This document shows, in pieces, positions 24,301 through 38,500 of a stretch of DNA of 64,000 bases (its first letter is position 1; the number at the start of each line of letters is the position of its first letter). The translations under genes were made by a program, and so were the position numbers. Origin of the DNA: Lingula anatina (Eukaryota > Animalia > Brachiopoda); the NCBI GenBank assembly GCA_051362555.1, contig CM120649.1, positions 1,984,001-2,048,000 of the forward strand, written 5' to 3'. The notes beneath the pieces were generated by a model. That model was not told where the DNA came from, did not search any database, and saw nothing but the letters and a program-made list of their open reading frames with translations.

Positions 24301-26417
24301 ATGGATCGCTGGGCAGGACGCGTTGCCCTGGTAACAGGAGCATCGAAAGGGATAGGAGCAGCCATTGCACGTGCTCTGGTTAAGAATGGTATGGTGGTGG
24401 TTGGATGTGCCAGACACGTGGAAGATATGCAAGTATGGTTGAATTTTCATTGGTATTTTTGATTAATTATAATGCCATTACATTGTTGGTTAAACACATT
24501 TAAGAACTTGTCATAGGTTTGGTTGATTTGTACGCAGGCATACAGACATTTGATGGGCAGAAAAACGGCGTCAACACCACAAAACATTATCGGCCAATAA
24601 ATAAACCTTATGTTAATGAAGATATAAGATAAACACATTTTAAAATGTGATAAACACATTTTAAAATAAACACATTCCAGATTGCAAAGGAAAATCTTGC
24701 AAGCGAAAAGGGCCGTTTAATACCAATGAAATGCGACCTTTCCAAAACAGAAGAGATAGAGTCCATGTTTCAAGAAATCAAGGAACAGTTGGGCGGTGCG
24801 GACGTATGCGTTAACAACGCTGGGATCTCCTTTTTCCAAGACTGCAAATCAGGGTCTGTGACTGATACCAAGGCGTTGTATGACGTAAGTGAACTGTTCA
24901 ACCATCATTTTTTTAAAATTATGTCATCACTGTTAGTGCCAGGATTAAGCTTAAATATTTTAATGTTGTTAACACTTGCACTACGGAGACAATTTTGGCA
25001 TTTTGTGTAACAGAACTTTTCAAATCTTTTGACTCCCCACAAACTTCAACAATTACTTTACACAAGTAATCCAAAGCTTTTAATATTTTTTTTCTAATTT
25101 AATCCTGGTTATTTGCGATTAATGAAATTTAATTTATCGACGATTGTAAATTGTTCTTTAACTATCACTGTTATTTCATCAGACAGGGTATAGCTGAAGC
25201 TGGTCTTTCTGACGAAGATCTTTATGTAGCTCACACTGATTGTAGAGTTTATCTTAGATGGACAGGAACTTTGATATTTGAGTTGGGAGCGTATCTTTGT
25301 GATTTGAGGTTGGAGAATATCTTTCAGATTACATAATAGGTAGTTAGCACCAGATTTAAGGTCATCCAGTTGCTTTTAAAATGATCATTCTCCAAAGTAT
25401 AAGACTGGGTTCCCATACCTAAATCGATCTAACAGGATCGATCTATCTATTAGGGGTTTCTCGCTAAATTGCTTTCAGCTTAAGCGGCTTAGATATCTGG
25501 CACGCCTACTGAAGCTGCTAAACGATAATTAAGTACCCCCTAGCAGCTTCAGTAGGCGTGACAGGCATCTAAGCCGCTTAAGTTGATTGCAATTTAGCGA
25601 GAATCCCCTCGGAGATAGATCGATTCCACATTCAGTAGTTTGGGAATGGTCCGTAAGGGACAGCCTTTGTTTAAGACGCCAGTAATTGTTCCAGGTGAAT
25701 TTTTTCGCCGCCATGACCGTTTCCCAGCTGACCATCAGGTCTTTACAGGAAAGGAACATGGATGACGGACACATCATCAACATTGGCAGGTGAATTAAGA
25801 TACATCTGCACAGCAGATGAGTAGAAAATAGAATTATGGTTGGGTCATGGTCACTTACTAGAATGGTATAGACAAACAATGTGTACATCTATGTTGACGT
25901 TGGTCCTAATTTTTTTTTTTTTTGCCATGGTCATATTAGGCAAAATGTTACGTATCATTAATTGCTAAGCCCTATGAATTAATTTAATATTGGAAACAAC
26001 ACTTAAACGCATAGGAAGCGTTTCTTAATAATAATAATAATAATAATCAAGAGGAAATGTAGCCTGACGTAAGTGGGCCAAAATCTTGGGCGCGGCTTAC
26101 ACGTGCAAATCAATAGGAACCGGACTCTATTATGGGGGGGGGGGGGGGGGGGGGGGGGTCTGTCACGTCACACCGGTAAAGCAAAACCCTAAACCCACCT
26201 GTGAAATATATGTATATATAGTTATCTTATTCAATTACAGTGCATGTGGTATGGTGATTCATACTGACTACCCGTGTCATACATACAGCACCGCAAAGTT
26301 TGCCCTGGGGGCCTTCACCGAGAGTCTGAGACACGAGCTGAGGAAGGAGAAGACGAAAATTAGGACGACGGTATTTGTGAGAAAGAGAGATAGAGAGAGA
26401 ACAAATGTATGATGTTG

Positions 26418-26487
<70 letters not shown>

Positions 26488-26677
26488 TAATATTTGAATT
26501 TTGTATGCTCAGCTGAAAGTACAATTAAGTCAATAATTTATCATTGTTTGCTGGTATATTAGGGTTACAGTAATAAGCAAAGAAAACTTAGATTGCAAAA
26601 GCCAGTATGTGTGCATTAAAAATGTTTTAAGGTAATTAACTAATAAAGATGGTTTTGCATGTGTATTACCTGCATCT

Positions 26678-26761
<84 letters not shown>

Positions 26762-28670
26762 TAAAGATTCATTTCAAGTCAAAAATTTGCCGCAAAAGCT
26801 AACTAAATGTCGCCATACAGTTTCAAATAGTGTAATTCAAGAAAAACCAAAGGAAATCGTTTCAAATGATATTTGAACGGATATCTTTTACTTACTTTCT
26901 GGGCCCAGTTTCATCAACACTGGATAGGATAAAATTTTAATCCTCTGGACAGTTTTCTTGAGGATAGCAGCCTCTTTTAACCACTGGAAAGCAATATTAG
27001 AGACAAAAATAAGTATCTAGTGTTTGGTAAACATTACTTTACCCACAGGATAATTGCCCAGAGGATAACAATTTTATTTAATGGATAGTGTTATCCAGTG
27101 GATAGCGCTATCCAGTGTTGATAAAACTGGGCCCTGGTGTTTAAATAAATGTTCTGTTTTTCAGATTATTAATCCTGGATGGGTGAATACCCCGCTTGTT
27201 AATGTGAAAAATACCGAAAATGTGTTTGAACCGGGAAAAGTAAGCTTTATTACATGTATAATACACTTACGCGCTTTTTATTTTTATTTATCAATGTATA
27301 ATGTATGATCACAATCTCTGGTTTGTGTCTTTCAAAGGGGTTGAAGGCTCGTTTTCTAACGTATATCAACCTTGAATACGACAAGTTAATATCACATTCA
27401 CATTATTAGAAGGGCATGAAGTCAAAGGTAGGCATTGGGCGCTAGGATTTTATGCAGCAGAATTTAAATTATTTTAATTTGAATTAAATTTTCAATTTAT
27501 CACCAAGGTATATCACATCCAATGTCCACGTAATTACGGTCCATAAAACCTTTTCTCTTGGTTCTGGGGTTCTAGATTGATTTTACGTCACTCCCACGGC
27601 GACTCTTGCAATGGAGAAAGAGACTCCTCAATTTCACTAGTGACAAGAAAATAAAAGATTTTTAATTGTATAATGTCCGAATCACATTTCCACCCATTGG
27701 TCATCATTAGCATAATGCATTTTCTATTTCAGCATTACCTTTTTTTATTCTTTAAATTTTTGAAGTAGACTAACGTCTTTTATGAGTTCAAATATAATTG
27801 AAAAAGACTTTGGTGTTCTTATGTTATTGTATTCTACCGTGATTCGCATAATTTTCAATTGATATTGTGAGCTTCTGTGTGGGATTTCCAATTCCTTAGC
27901 TCTTTGAGCTGCCTTAATTTTCCTTTTTAAGCCGGAATAACACCTTTAAAATTACAGAAACGTGAATCTTTCTTGTAATTTTAGTTATATGTTTGCCCTA
28001 TCCCAAACCAATCAGAAAAATACGATCTATAATCCTGGCTTTGAGCATTGAATTCTTTAATTTTACTGTCACGTGTGAAATTGACGAGTCTCTATCTTAT
28101 GACGTTATTAGTAACTGTATTTTTTATATATTTCAGTCTCTTCAACCGGACGACGTGGCTTCCGCTGTGACTTATGTACTTGGGGCTCCACCAAACGTCA
28201 ATGTAAGGAAAAACATCATGAACTTTTCATTTTAAGGAAAATGTTTTTGCATTATTGTATTTTGTCTCAGCTTAAAGCTTCCCCATATTCACAATCATTA
28301 CTTATTAGAATCGAAGACAGACAAAATACTTTTTACGGACAGTGCTGAACGTTTACTCTCTTAAACATTTACAAATTAAAACACTAAGGGACATCTAGTA
28401 ATTGGTCTCAGTAAAAAGAAACATATGGGGGGGGGGGGGGGGTAAACGCCCAAGACGGAAGTAGATTGATAATTCTATCATTTTGTCTCTATAATACTTT
28501 ACACTTAATATGTGCTCGGAGTAAAAGTGCCCACAGGGGTTGAATTTGGTGTTGTCATCGAGCTCCTCATTCAAATTCTTCAATAGAGCAGCAGCAAATC
28601 GTTACATTTTAAATTGCTTCTCTTTCAGGTCCGTCACATTTGCCTTCACGGCGTTCATGACGCATCGTAA
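24301..28670 (+). CDS. DHRS11: Short-chain dehydrogenase/reductase, DHRS11-like (247 aa, 7 coding exons)
   Basis: Exons 24301-24432, 24681-24884, 25695-25789, 26241-26370, 27165-27239, 28137-28202, 28629-28670; all GT-AG and phase-consistent. MDRWAGRVALVTGASKGIG, NNAG, DDGHIINIGS, YSTAK, NPGWVNT and LQPDDVASAVTYVL motifs. May be a paralogue rather than the 1:1 orthologue. Confidence 0.9.
25407..25651. mobile_element. Palindromic MITE (CCCATTCCCA/TGGGAATGG family); relatives at ~22501-22575, ~32023-32240 and ~48631-48844
   Basis: Long inverted arms GATCTATCT..TCTCGCTAAATTGC..CTTAAGCGGCTTAGAT..CACGCCTACTGAAGCTGCTA and their reverse complement. Confidence 0.75.
26422..26484. repeat. Compound (TG)n(AG)n microsatellite
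   Basis: Seen directly; a similar compound repeat lies at 29422-29466. Confidence 0.95.
26682..26762. repeat. (TA)n followed by poly(T)
   Basis: Seen directly. Confidence 0.95.
26902..27133. mobile_element. PIF/Harbinger-like MITE with CTG target-site duplication; older copy at 56881-57114
   Basis: CTG-GGCCCAGTTTCATCAACACTGGATAG ... CTATCCAGTGTTGATAAAACTGGGCC-CTG. Confidence 0.8.
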
Positions 28671-29421
28671 GTTGGAAAATCACCCTGGGACAGCTGAAAG
28701 TGTCCACCATGCTAGGCCCAGCTGTTCAAGGCGTGATGGCTTCCATTCTATACTTATATTTTCACAGTACAGTAAAGTGTTAATTATTTGTACGGGAATA
28801 TCTACTGAATATATGTGCACTTAGTAGAAGGCATAATAATAATATTTAATGTTTTTTATTCAGATAGGTTACTGTCGAATTAGCATGTTAGCAGAGGGTA
28901 TAAAAACTGTCACATTTACATGCCTGCCTTACACGTGATTATCATTAAACGTCTATGAAGCCCGCTTTCATTTGTTAAATGGGTAAATTCCATTCCGCAC
29001 AATCAATGAATAAAACATCTTTCAATGCACTTAAAAAACCGTATTTTTCACCCGCGCATCCTGTCGCAATCAAGACAAGCACAGCTAACACATTTGAGCC
29101 TGCATCGCTGTGTTTAAGACCATTGCCGTTTCAGTCTCAGCTCTTATGTCTGCTACACTAGGATACACGACTATGTGAAGTCAGCTTTTGCAATATTTGT
29201 ATAGGAATGCGTTATGACCGAGTGGCCAATAATAAATGTAGCTAACATTCATGTAAATGGGCTATTGGCACCACTTGGAGTAAAAACCAATGTGGTGACA
29301 ATTTTAATTTTTGAGTTTGCTAAAAAAAGTAACTTGCCGGAGTAAACGACTTGTCTCTTGTCTCTTTCAAACGGCAAGACTTCGATTGGGTTTTTGGTAA
29401 GGTCGGTCGTGGATATAAACC

Positions 29422-29465
<44 letters not shown>

Positions 29466-29507
29466 GTGTACGCGTTCCAGCAGGTGGGCGTTGGGATTCA
29501 TATGATA

Positions 29508-29708
29508 TATCCTCCACCAGAACCGCAGATAATTATGTGCACTTTTCTCACAGTAGAGAAATATGCCATGAATTAGCCAGAGAAATGTGCCATGAATTAG
29601 CCAGAGAAATGTGCCATGAATTAGCCAGAGAAATATGCCATGAATTAGCCAGAGACAATCTGTGAATACCTAGTGAAAAATCAATCTTTGGCCTTGGTAA
29701 GTATGATA
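29508..29708. mobile_element. Degenerate Mutator-like MITE carrying a 24-bp tandem repeat x4 (29555-29650)
   Basis: Ends resemble TATCCTCTACCAG / GGCCTTGGTA. Shares the TGTGAATACCTAGTGAAAA.TCAATCT subterminal sequence with 11553-11580. Unit is AGAGAAATRTGCCATGAATTAGCC. Confidence 0.7.
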
Positions 29709-31073
29709 CGGTCTGAATCATATGTTTGATAAATAAGTTAATGAATAAATAAACAAACAAAATTTAATTAATTAATTAATTGAACAAGAAGAAGATACTG
29801 TTTGGAAATATGAACAGTTCCCTCGGATTCGTCACATCATACGACATCTTTGACCGTTCACAGAATTACGATCAATAATTTCATTTTTTGGCATTGTGCG
29901 TTTTTTTTTTAGCAGTCTAGCACAAGCTGCTGGGGTTTTTTAGAATGAAATTGGTCTAGGCCTCTAAAGATCGCATATTTCTCAACAAAGATACATTTTA
30001 TTATTATTATATAATTGCGTAAAAATGCACATTGCGTGCCTTTAACCGGTGATTTAACCTATAGTCATCTGGTCTTAAGCTGCATGGCGTGTATGGGTTT
30101 ATTGCTATATTTATACCTGTATTTACTAGTCCTTCTCAACACCCACCACTTCTCTCTAACCACAGGGTGTCCGAGTAGTCTGTTACAAAACCCCTAATAT
30201 CAGAGGCCAACCCACCAAAATGACTCACACTTCAGAAAGAAGGAGAGCTAAAACACAGATACATGTATCCTCTTCATTTTACTATTTGACACGAGTGATA
30301 ATTGAGTTGTGTGCGTTTTGTCATGGAAGCAATGACAGATCTCTACGCCTACAGTTACCTGTTGCACGCGGTCTTGAAAGTGTAGTAGTTTGTTTATTGT
30401 TTTGACGATAGAAGTTATCAATCATCGTTTTCATCACGCATATCAATGTTTTGATTCATTCATTCATGCTATTGAGAGGGAGAGAGGGGTGTTTTGAGTA
30501 TCAGACTCCTCCTCCAATATTGGAATAATTGGCATGGCACTTCAGACTGCCCGACAGCTGCGCAAGATGGAGCTTTGAAAAATAAAAAAAAATGTGGATC
30601 TTAGGTTCTCAAGCCAAGAGAAACAAGAGGGCCCCACTGGAGCGTAGATCGCTGGAAATAAAATCATCAATTCAGAAATCACAGTAAATAAAACTTTATT
30701 CAGATATCGTTCAAAATCAACAAGTATAATGACTTCGTTTCACGAGTACCGAAGAATAAGAAACTGCATTCGCGAGTCACGGGTTGTCGGTCGTTATACA
30801 CGGGTCACGCTAAATAATGTGGACGTTTTACGCATCTCGGGGAAATAAAAATGACTTTCACGGGTAACGAAAACACCCAATGGGTAGAGAGAGCAAAAGA
30901 GATGGTGCAATAAGTGTGTACGGTGTATACACGGTGTTATGTTACTTAGACTCATATAAGTCTAGTGTTATAGAGACGACGAAGAACTGGAGTTTCAAAC
31001 TGTTAACTTTCGTCCCTCTCTTTTTTTTTTTTTTTTTTTTTTTTTACACAAATATGAGTTCACAGTGAAGACC

Positions 31074-31241
31074 TACCCTCTACCAGGGCGACTGATAGAT
31101 TTTTACGGATATTCACAGATATGTCTCTAGCTAGATAGATTGTCATTTTAACGTGACTTAGAGTTAAAATGACAATCTATCTAGCTAGAGACATATCTGT
31201 GAATATCCGTAAAAATCTATCAGTCGCCCTGGTAGAGGGTA
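31074..31241. mobile_element. Mutator-like MITE, near-perfect hairpin with 9-bp TSD
   Basis: GTGAAGACC-TACCCTCTACCAGGGCG...CGCCCTGGTAGAGGGTA-GTGAAGACC; arms perfectly complementary around a ~10-nt loop. Confidence 0.9.
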
Positions 31242-32262
31242 GTGAAGACCCTACACTATTGATATCCGTGTTCTTTGTAAAGTTCACGCACTTACGCACT
31301 ACATTCCCAATACCTTTGATGTTATTTTTAAAAAAAATCCATTCTATTTCGTCAACCAAGTTATAATAAGCCTATCCTTATTAGGCAGTTTATTTAATTC
31401 ACATCTTCTGGATCTGAATATCAAAAAGATACTATTTTATTACGTCATACTTGTTAAATTTACGAAGTCCAGCTTCCAAGGAAAATTACTTTTTTGGTTT
31501 TAAAATACCAAAACCTCATTTGGCGTTGGCTAATACAACATTATTTAATAGCTTTATCAAACTGAATTCACTTTTATCCTGTTAATTGGCGATAAATGAA
31601 ATCTGAAACGGTGGTCATTTAACTTTAAAACACTAGTCGTACCTGACTGAGAGAGAGAGAGAGAGAGAGAGAGAGGTGACAGAAACATGTAAATATGTAG
31701 GCCTGTAAGAAGACACCATTCTTCGATCATCTATATACAGTAGACCAGTCATCGCTACGTTATACATATGTCTGCAGCCTCATCGTGTAGGCCGCCTTCG
31801 TAACCACAGCTATACACAGCACGACGGAAAAACAATACTCAACGTGTGTAGATTCCACTACAACACCACCGCTTCTAACCTGCTTCGACCTTAAAATACC
31901 TGCTGACTAATTTTTCTTGAAGTATATTTTTTCGTCAAAAGTTTGGAGACAGATGTTAAGGAAGGACAGAGAAAGCTGTGTCTTTCCATATTCCAACTAC
32001 CAAGAACGTGGTTGATTTGTTAGACCCCATTCCAATAAACACCATCGGTCTTCCCAGATCGATCCAACTCTGTTTGGGATTCTCGCTTTAATGCAATCAG
32101 TGGAATCAGCATAATCAGCACACGATAGCTAATTATTCCCTAGCTGCTCGAAGAGCTGTTCCCACTGATCGCACTTACCGAGAATCACCCACAGAGTTGG
32201 ACCGACCCAACTAGTACGCTGTGAGAAACTAAATGGGGACATAGATATAGTGTTCAGACCAG

Positions 32263-32631
32263 GGCTCTGTATCTCGAAAGGTTCGCTATGTTGCGCACGA
32301 GCGTTAGTGTCTCGATTCCATAACCGATTCTATTTCGAAATACGGGGCCATGGAATCGAGACACTTGTGCACGTGCAAGTGCGTCTCGATTTCATGGCCC
32401 CGTATCTCGCAATAGAATCGGTTATGGAATCGAGACACTAACGCTCGTGCGCAACATAGCGAACCTTTCGAGATACGGAGCCCAGGGCTCCGTATCTCGA
32501 AAGGTTCGCTATATTGCGCACGTGCGCAAGTGTCTCGATTCCATGGCCCCGTATCTCGAAATAGAATCGGTTATGGAATCGAGACACTAACGCTCGTGCG
32601 CAACATAGCGAACCTTTCGAGATACGGAGCC
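32263..32631. mobile_element. Tandem dimer of palindromic Harbinger-like MITEs (32263-32482, 32486-32631) with CAG TSDs
   Basis: CAG-GGCTCYGTATCTCGAAAGG...CCTTTCGAGATACGGAGCC-CAG-GGCTCCG...GGAGCC-CAG. Confidence 0.85.
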
Positions 32632-35522
32632 CAGAACTATCGTTTGTGAGCACGCAAATATCCGTCGCAAAACTACCACTGGACGCATAGCCTTGGCTTT
32701 GAATATGCAGAGTCGCCGTTAGCACTCTAAAACTACTACTGGTACAGATTATCAGTTATGATTTGGTAAAGTGCTCCCCCATTGCCCTCTTCCCCATTTT
32801 TTGTATTTTTATACACGTATTAACACTCCCGCAATCAATGAATTGCATATGGGGGGGGGGGGGGATCGGCTTTACAGGCTTATAGCCCGCAGTTTCGAAG
32901 TGGGGTCTTTTTCTTTAAAAAGGGACATCAGAAAAAGAATAGTGCCAAGGTCAACATTTCCGATCAAAGGAACTGTTCTTACGTGCTCGAGAGAGAGAGA
33001 GAGAGAGTTGCGTGTATGTGTGGGCTCCGAAGGCTCTGTTCTTGGATCATTTATGGAGGACTAGTCATCCCTGCTCATGTCTGCGGTTAATATGAACCCC
33101 TCACGTACACTTCAGCTTTTTAAAGCCTTTTACCAATCTATCGGACATACAGTTATGGTTTTCAATATTTGGGAGTGGGTAGTAATGGCACTACGTTCAA
33201 AAGGAAAGAAATTTAATGATTTTGAAACAACGGGCTTAAAATTGTAAAGTAGGAAAATTTAAGAACAAAAAATTCGTTTTTCAATCATTTTTGGCAAATA
33301 TTTTGGCACCAATAAAACTGTCATTTAAGCGAAGGGAGGGGCAACAGACTGTCAGGCGTTTAAGTTTTGCCGTACCCATGAGTACAAAAGCAAACTCGGT
33401 ACAGACGCTCCATTCTTTAACAGAAATAAATACATCATTTATTCGATTCACAACCATGAATTTCAGCACAATTTCATTCACCGGAATTCGCTATTCCTTT
33501 ATCCGGGCAATCCACAATATTTTCCCAACAGTAACATTTTTCGCATCTTTTATTCTTACCACCACCCTTATTCCCAAGGATTAAAAAAAAATCTATAACC
33601 GTTGTACCCCCCCCCCCCCCCAGCCCTTCACATAATATGAAGTGTTACTGAAGGAAAATAATGTGACATGGCCTCAATTTCATTTGCAACAATATATAAT
33701 TTATTGTTATTTATAATAACATTATCAGCATTTAAAATGAGTGGCAGATAAATTAATTTAACTGTAATATTATTGGTCCTACCCTGTAAATGCGCTAACC
33801 GCCCCCTATTGCTTTGCAATATCACTAACTCATTGTAAATCTCTTAATCACTTCTTCACAAACTCTTCTGATATATCTACATATAACTGTGTATAAAGAT
33901 GTGAGGAAAAACTTGTGCTGTCTTTATCATGTAGAATATATGTATAGCTCCACAAATATTCAGATTTGTATAATGAGCAATATAGTATGGGGAATACTGG
34001 CTGTTGTTATTGCAGGAGTGATATAACATAAATGCAAGTATTGGTTCAACAACAACATAAAAAAAACAACAATTGATACGCATGAAATAAACTTACAGAG
34101 GCAAGCTAGCTGAAGGATCATATAAAGTAAAACTGACTTGGCCATATGGCAAAAATATACTGAATATAGGAATTTCTCATGAAGAAAAGTTTAAAGAAAA
34201 TAAAGGTTTCAAAACTACAAGCAAAAATACTTTCACAAGAACATTTGAGAATTTTTCCACTGAGAAGGCCCCAGAAATACAGCCTTGTTCCACCATGGCC
34301 TTTTATAATAATAATAATAATGATAATAATAATAATGATAATAATAAATGAATAAATAATAATAATTCTGTAATATTAAATAAAAATTAAAAAAAAAAAA
34401 AAACAATTATGTCACAATAAAATGAATAAATAAACAAACAAACAAACAAACAATTCTGTAGCAGTAGCTTCCACATACTAGTAACTCGGACACTTTGGAC
34501 TAGAATATTTGTTCTAGATATTAAAAAAATCCTGTTAGGTAATGATAACAAGGAAAATATCCATTGTACAAGATTTTTGTTCGAGATAAACCATGATTTT
34601 AGATATAATATGGCGAGTCATACAGATTCTAATGTATATGAAACTGAATCGAAGCACTGCAACATACATCTAAATCTTGGCAGGGGGTGCAACTTACATA
34701 TCACCATTTTGAGCATGTGGAAAAAACACAAGCTTTTTTTTTAGTAATAACCAATGGAAGTCAGGTCTGCCATTAAATTCAGCTGTCAGAGTTCCTACCG
34801 CTAGATTTATTGCATATTATTTTCACTGGCAGTCCCACAGATATATATCCTTCAACATATAACTTACACAGTTATGCCAGTCATCAAGTTCTGCTTTGTT
34901 TTTTTCCGTAAGCCGTAATTTTTGAGGTTCCTGGACACACACCCCCATCCAAATGACTGTCGCCTCAAAACACAATGATCTAGAAATGACCACCATTTTC
35001 ATGCAAGAATAATATACCATTAAGGGGACCCAAAAATTCAAAATCTAGAGAAAACCGTGAGCAAGAGTCAATATGTGTATAGTTCACTCTGGCAGGCATT
35101 AAGTCAGTCCTAGAGAATCCAAAAAAATTGTTAATCTTCTGGTGAGCAGCTATGTTGGTCAGGGCAAGCTGAGCTTATTGCATGTGTCCATAGCATCAGA
35201 AATGAGCAGCGGTTGGTAAAGTAATCAGTATTTCACTGGCTATTGCATTATGTCAAATGAGTATGTCTGGCTTATCAAGGTGATCAAAAAGGTGATAGGT
35301 GGGGAGGGGGGAGAGAGGGTACTGTCCCCCCCCCTTCCAATAAAAAAGGGCCATCAGAAACATATTGCAGTGCCAAGTGCATTTTTAAGTCCTCTGCAAG
35401 CCAGCTCCATTACCTTCTCTTGTTTTGAAATAGGGCAAGGTCTTGATCCAGAAAATGTTTATGGAAAATGAAGTTGGGGGGAAAAGGAAGGGGGCTGTAA
35501 CTGTGTTAGCATTCACTGTTCT

Positions 35523-38500
35523 TTACAATCCCAGAGATACCAGTGCCGTGACAGTGAAACCAATCAGTGCCCCGAAGCCTCCGATGAACCAGAATAAGTT
35601 ACGATCCTTCTTGGGCTGGTAGCTTTTTATCAGACTGGTCTGAAATAGTAAGGAAAAACAAATGAACTCTTTTGAATATGTATTTCAAAATAACAAATTA
35701 TGATACAGTTCTATCAGATGGGTTCAAGTGATCGGACACTTATCACAACTGAAAGTAGTTCCTCTATGCAAATATAATATAATATAATATAATATAATAT
35801 AATATAATATAATATAATATAATAAACTCATGTTAGTAATAACCACTGACACTGTATTGTGGCTAGAAGTTCTAAAATATTTCTAATGCATTTTCTTGAA
35901 TTGTGAGAACATTTTAGTATTGAATGCAACTGATTAGGAACTGTGGAACTGCTATTTCACAGTATTGCTGAAATGAATAAATATAAATAAACAACCAACA
36001 AAAAATAATGTCTCAGTTTCACTCCAGGAGGAACCATTCCAACACCTGCGTAACTGGTAAATGTCTGACTCTCCAACAGTGCGGGGACTATAAAACAGTA
36101 TTTTTAGCTGGGCCTCCTACTGTCAAACAACATATTCACTGCTTCTCCTACATATAACCTGTGACTAAGTGTTCATATAAAGTTACTGAATGTAGCTAAA
36201 ATGAAGGTCAGAATGATTTATATTAATATTTTTGTCTTGTGAGAGGTGAGGATGAAATAATATGATATGTCTTGTGGGTAACAAAATATTGATAAATACT
36301 GCAAAAACATCATATTGGAAAACTGACAGAGGCTGGGGTAGCGCTAACACTTGCCAATTTAGCCAAATGCTAAAACTGACTGAAACTGGCTGAAAATATT
36401 AGGGTTGATTTGACTCATTTTAGTCAAATTTAAACCATTTGAACAAAAATGTAGCGAAAAAGTAGAAATTTGGCTAAAGGAAAAAAATTGCTAGTGCCAC
36501 CCCAGAGAGGTGATATAGTACCAAAAGATATCTACCAAAAGTTTATAATTGCTGAGGAAATGCAGTTAGAAATGTGAAGCAGATGAAAACTGAAAACTAT
36601 TACTGTAACCATGTATTCTTGTGGTCAAACAAGACTTTACATAATACTACAGGCAGCTTAGCTAAATAACTTTATTTTTGTATATTGTGGTTTGTAACCA
36701 AGATGGTATTTAAATTAATTTTATATAAACTAGTGTCAAGACCTTAGATGCAGTTTAAGTGGGTTGTATATAAATTCCTTAATCAGATAATAATTTGGAC
36801 ATTTCTTCTGAATGTCTCTTAGTAATCACATTGGAGATGGAAACTGCCCACTGGAAAAAAATGCTACTGTAACAGTTGTTTGTACCTTCATCATAATCAG
36901 TAGTGACAAACATGAGCTACTGATAGTAACATCTGGATAGCCAGGCTTACTGCAGCCAAACAAGCTTGTTGAAGTAAAAAGGAAGTGCTCTGGTTTTACA
37001 TTTTTTTCTTATCTTTCAAATAAAATAAGTCCACCACAAGGTGGTTTTGTGGCTACTATCAAGTTTCAATCTTTAGCAAAGTGCAAGATTTATGGACTTC
37101 TTGAAGATTTTGACCACATTTACGCAGTTTTGAAAGTAAAGGCATGTTTGACGAAAAAATACACACACACACACACACTTTCAACTTTGTAGATTTACAC
37201 AGTAGCAGTCAAATTTAAATGAATGTTGTAAATTATTTTAACAAAAAGTCAGAAATGACTCACTACTTATTCTAGTGGACAACTTTTGATCCACAACTTG
37301 TTAGTAAAGACTCAATATTTTTCAGTCTTCAAGTAAAAAACAGATTACAACTGTAAGCACTTGTATGTGGAAATGGGTAATAAGGCACAGATACTAATAC
37401 AGCAGGCAAACTAGACAGAGAATACTGAAATAGCATACACATAGCTTTATTAGTAAGTACTTGTTATGGCAAAGTTCTCAGCTGTTTTTTCAGTAAACAT
37501 TTTCACTCATAACAGGATATTTGTGGGTGTCTGCAGGACATGGGTTAATATCAATCTGGCAAGACTGCAAAAACTTAAAAATAAAGCTAGTAGATATATA
37601 CAGCTGCATTTTGAAATAAGTTGTTAAACAGTGCTAGTGCTTGCCTCATATTTTCTGCAGTATAAAATGAATGCTTCAATATAAAAATCTATTCCCATTT
37701 AAATAAACAAAAACAAAAACAAAAAAAATAATAATAAAAAAATAAATAAATAAAAAGGATATCATTCTGCTATCAACATTCCTACAGGCACAAGTACCAT
37801 TAAAATACCAAACTGATGAACTCAGCCATCACAGCTTATTACTTAATTTAATCTATACACACATTACACATTTGACAAAAGGGTGGAAAAAGTCATTTTA
37901 TAAGTAAACAACCCACCCTGTAGAGATGATTCACACATCAGGTTAGAGTACAGGTCTTCAGGAAGACAGACAAAACATAATCATTTTTTGGTTAAGAAAG
38001 CAATGCCATAATTTGAGATAGAATCAGAGTTAGGATATTATTATAGGCCTGCATGGTTTTAAATATCATGCAAGTTCAAATTTCAAAAAGCCAATCCATA
38101 AGAAAAACAAATCTGCTTGTTACAAGCACATAAAATGACGATACATTAACATTTAAACTGGTTATATACTGTTTGTGTGATGGAATTTAAATTGGCTGGC
38201 ATTAGTCATACAGCTCAAAAGAAAAGATCACTTCTATTACACTTATTGCGTAGGAAGCAATATTAATATGCATAAAGCCATTGAATGTACATATGTCCTG
38301 TAATGGTACTGCAACACCCACCTACTAAAATATGTAATATGTGGCTGTCTGGAGCTTACTCCCAGTGACTTTCTACTATCTCAAATATATTAAAACAATA
38401 ATTCTTACAATAAATTCAACTAAAAAAATTGCTTCACAGCTGCTTTATCTTTATGGAAAAATTACTGTACACCTGAGGATTTAAATTATTTAAAACACTA

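Noticed and set aside
27333-27948. Possible Kolobok-like element (AAAGGGGTTG ... AACACCTTTAA)
   Set aside because: Terminal match too short and degenerate to support.
29555-29650. 24-bp repeats as a CRISPR array or a CHELARE repeat protein
   Set aside because: Head-to-tail repeats with no spacers, inside a MITE in a eukaryotic genome; the ORFs are by-products.
30621-30653. AAACAAGAGGGCC..GATCGCT resembling the start of abundant molluscan repeats
   Set aside because: Only ~30 bp, with no second copy or other end in the window.
32250-32725. Mirror-image ORFs on both strands
   Set aside because: Consequence of the palindromic MITE dimer.
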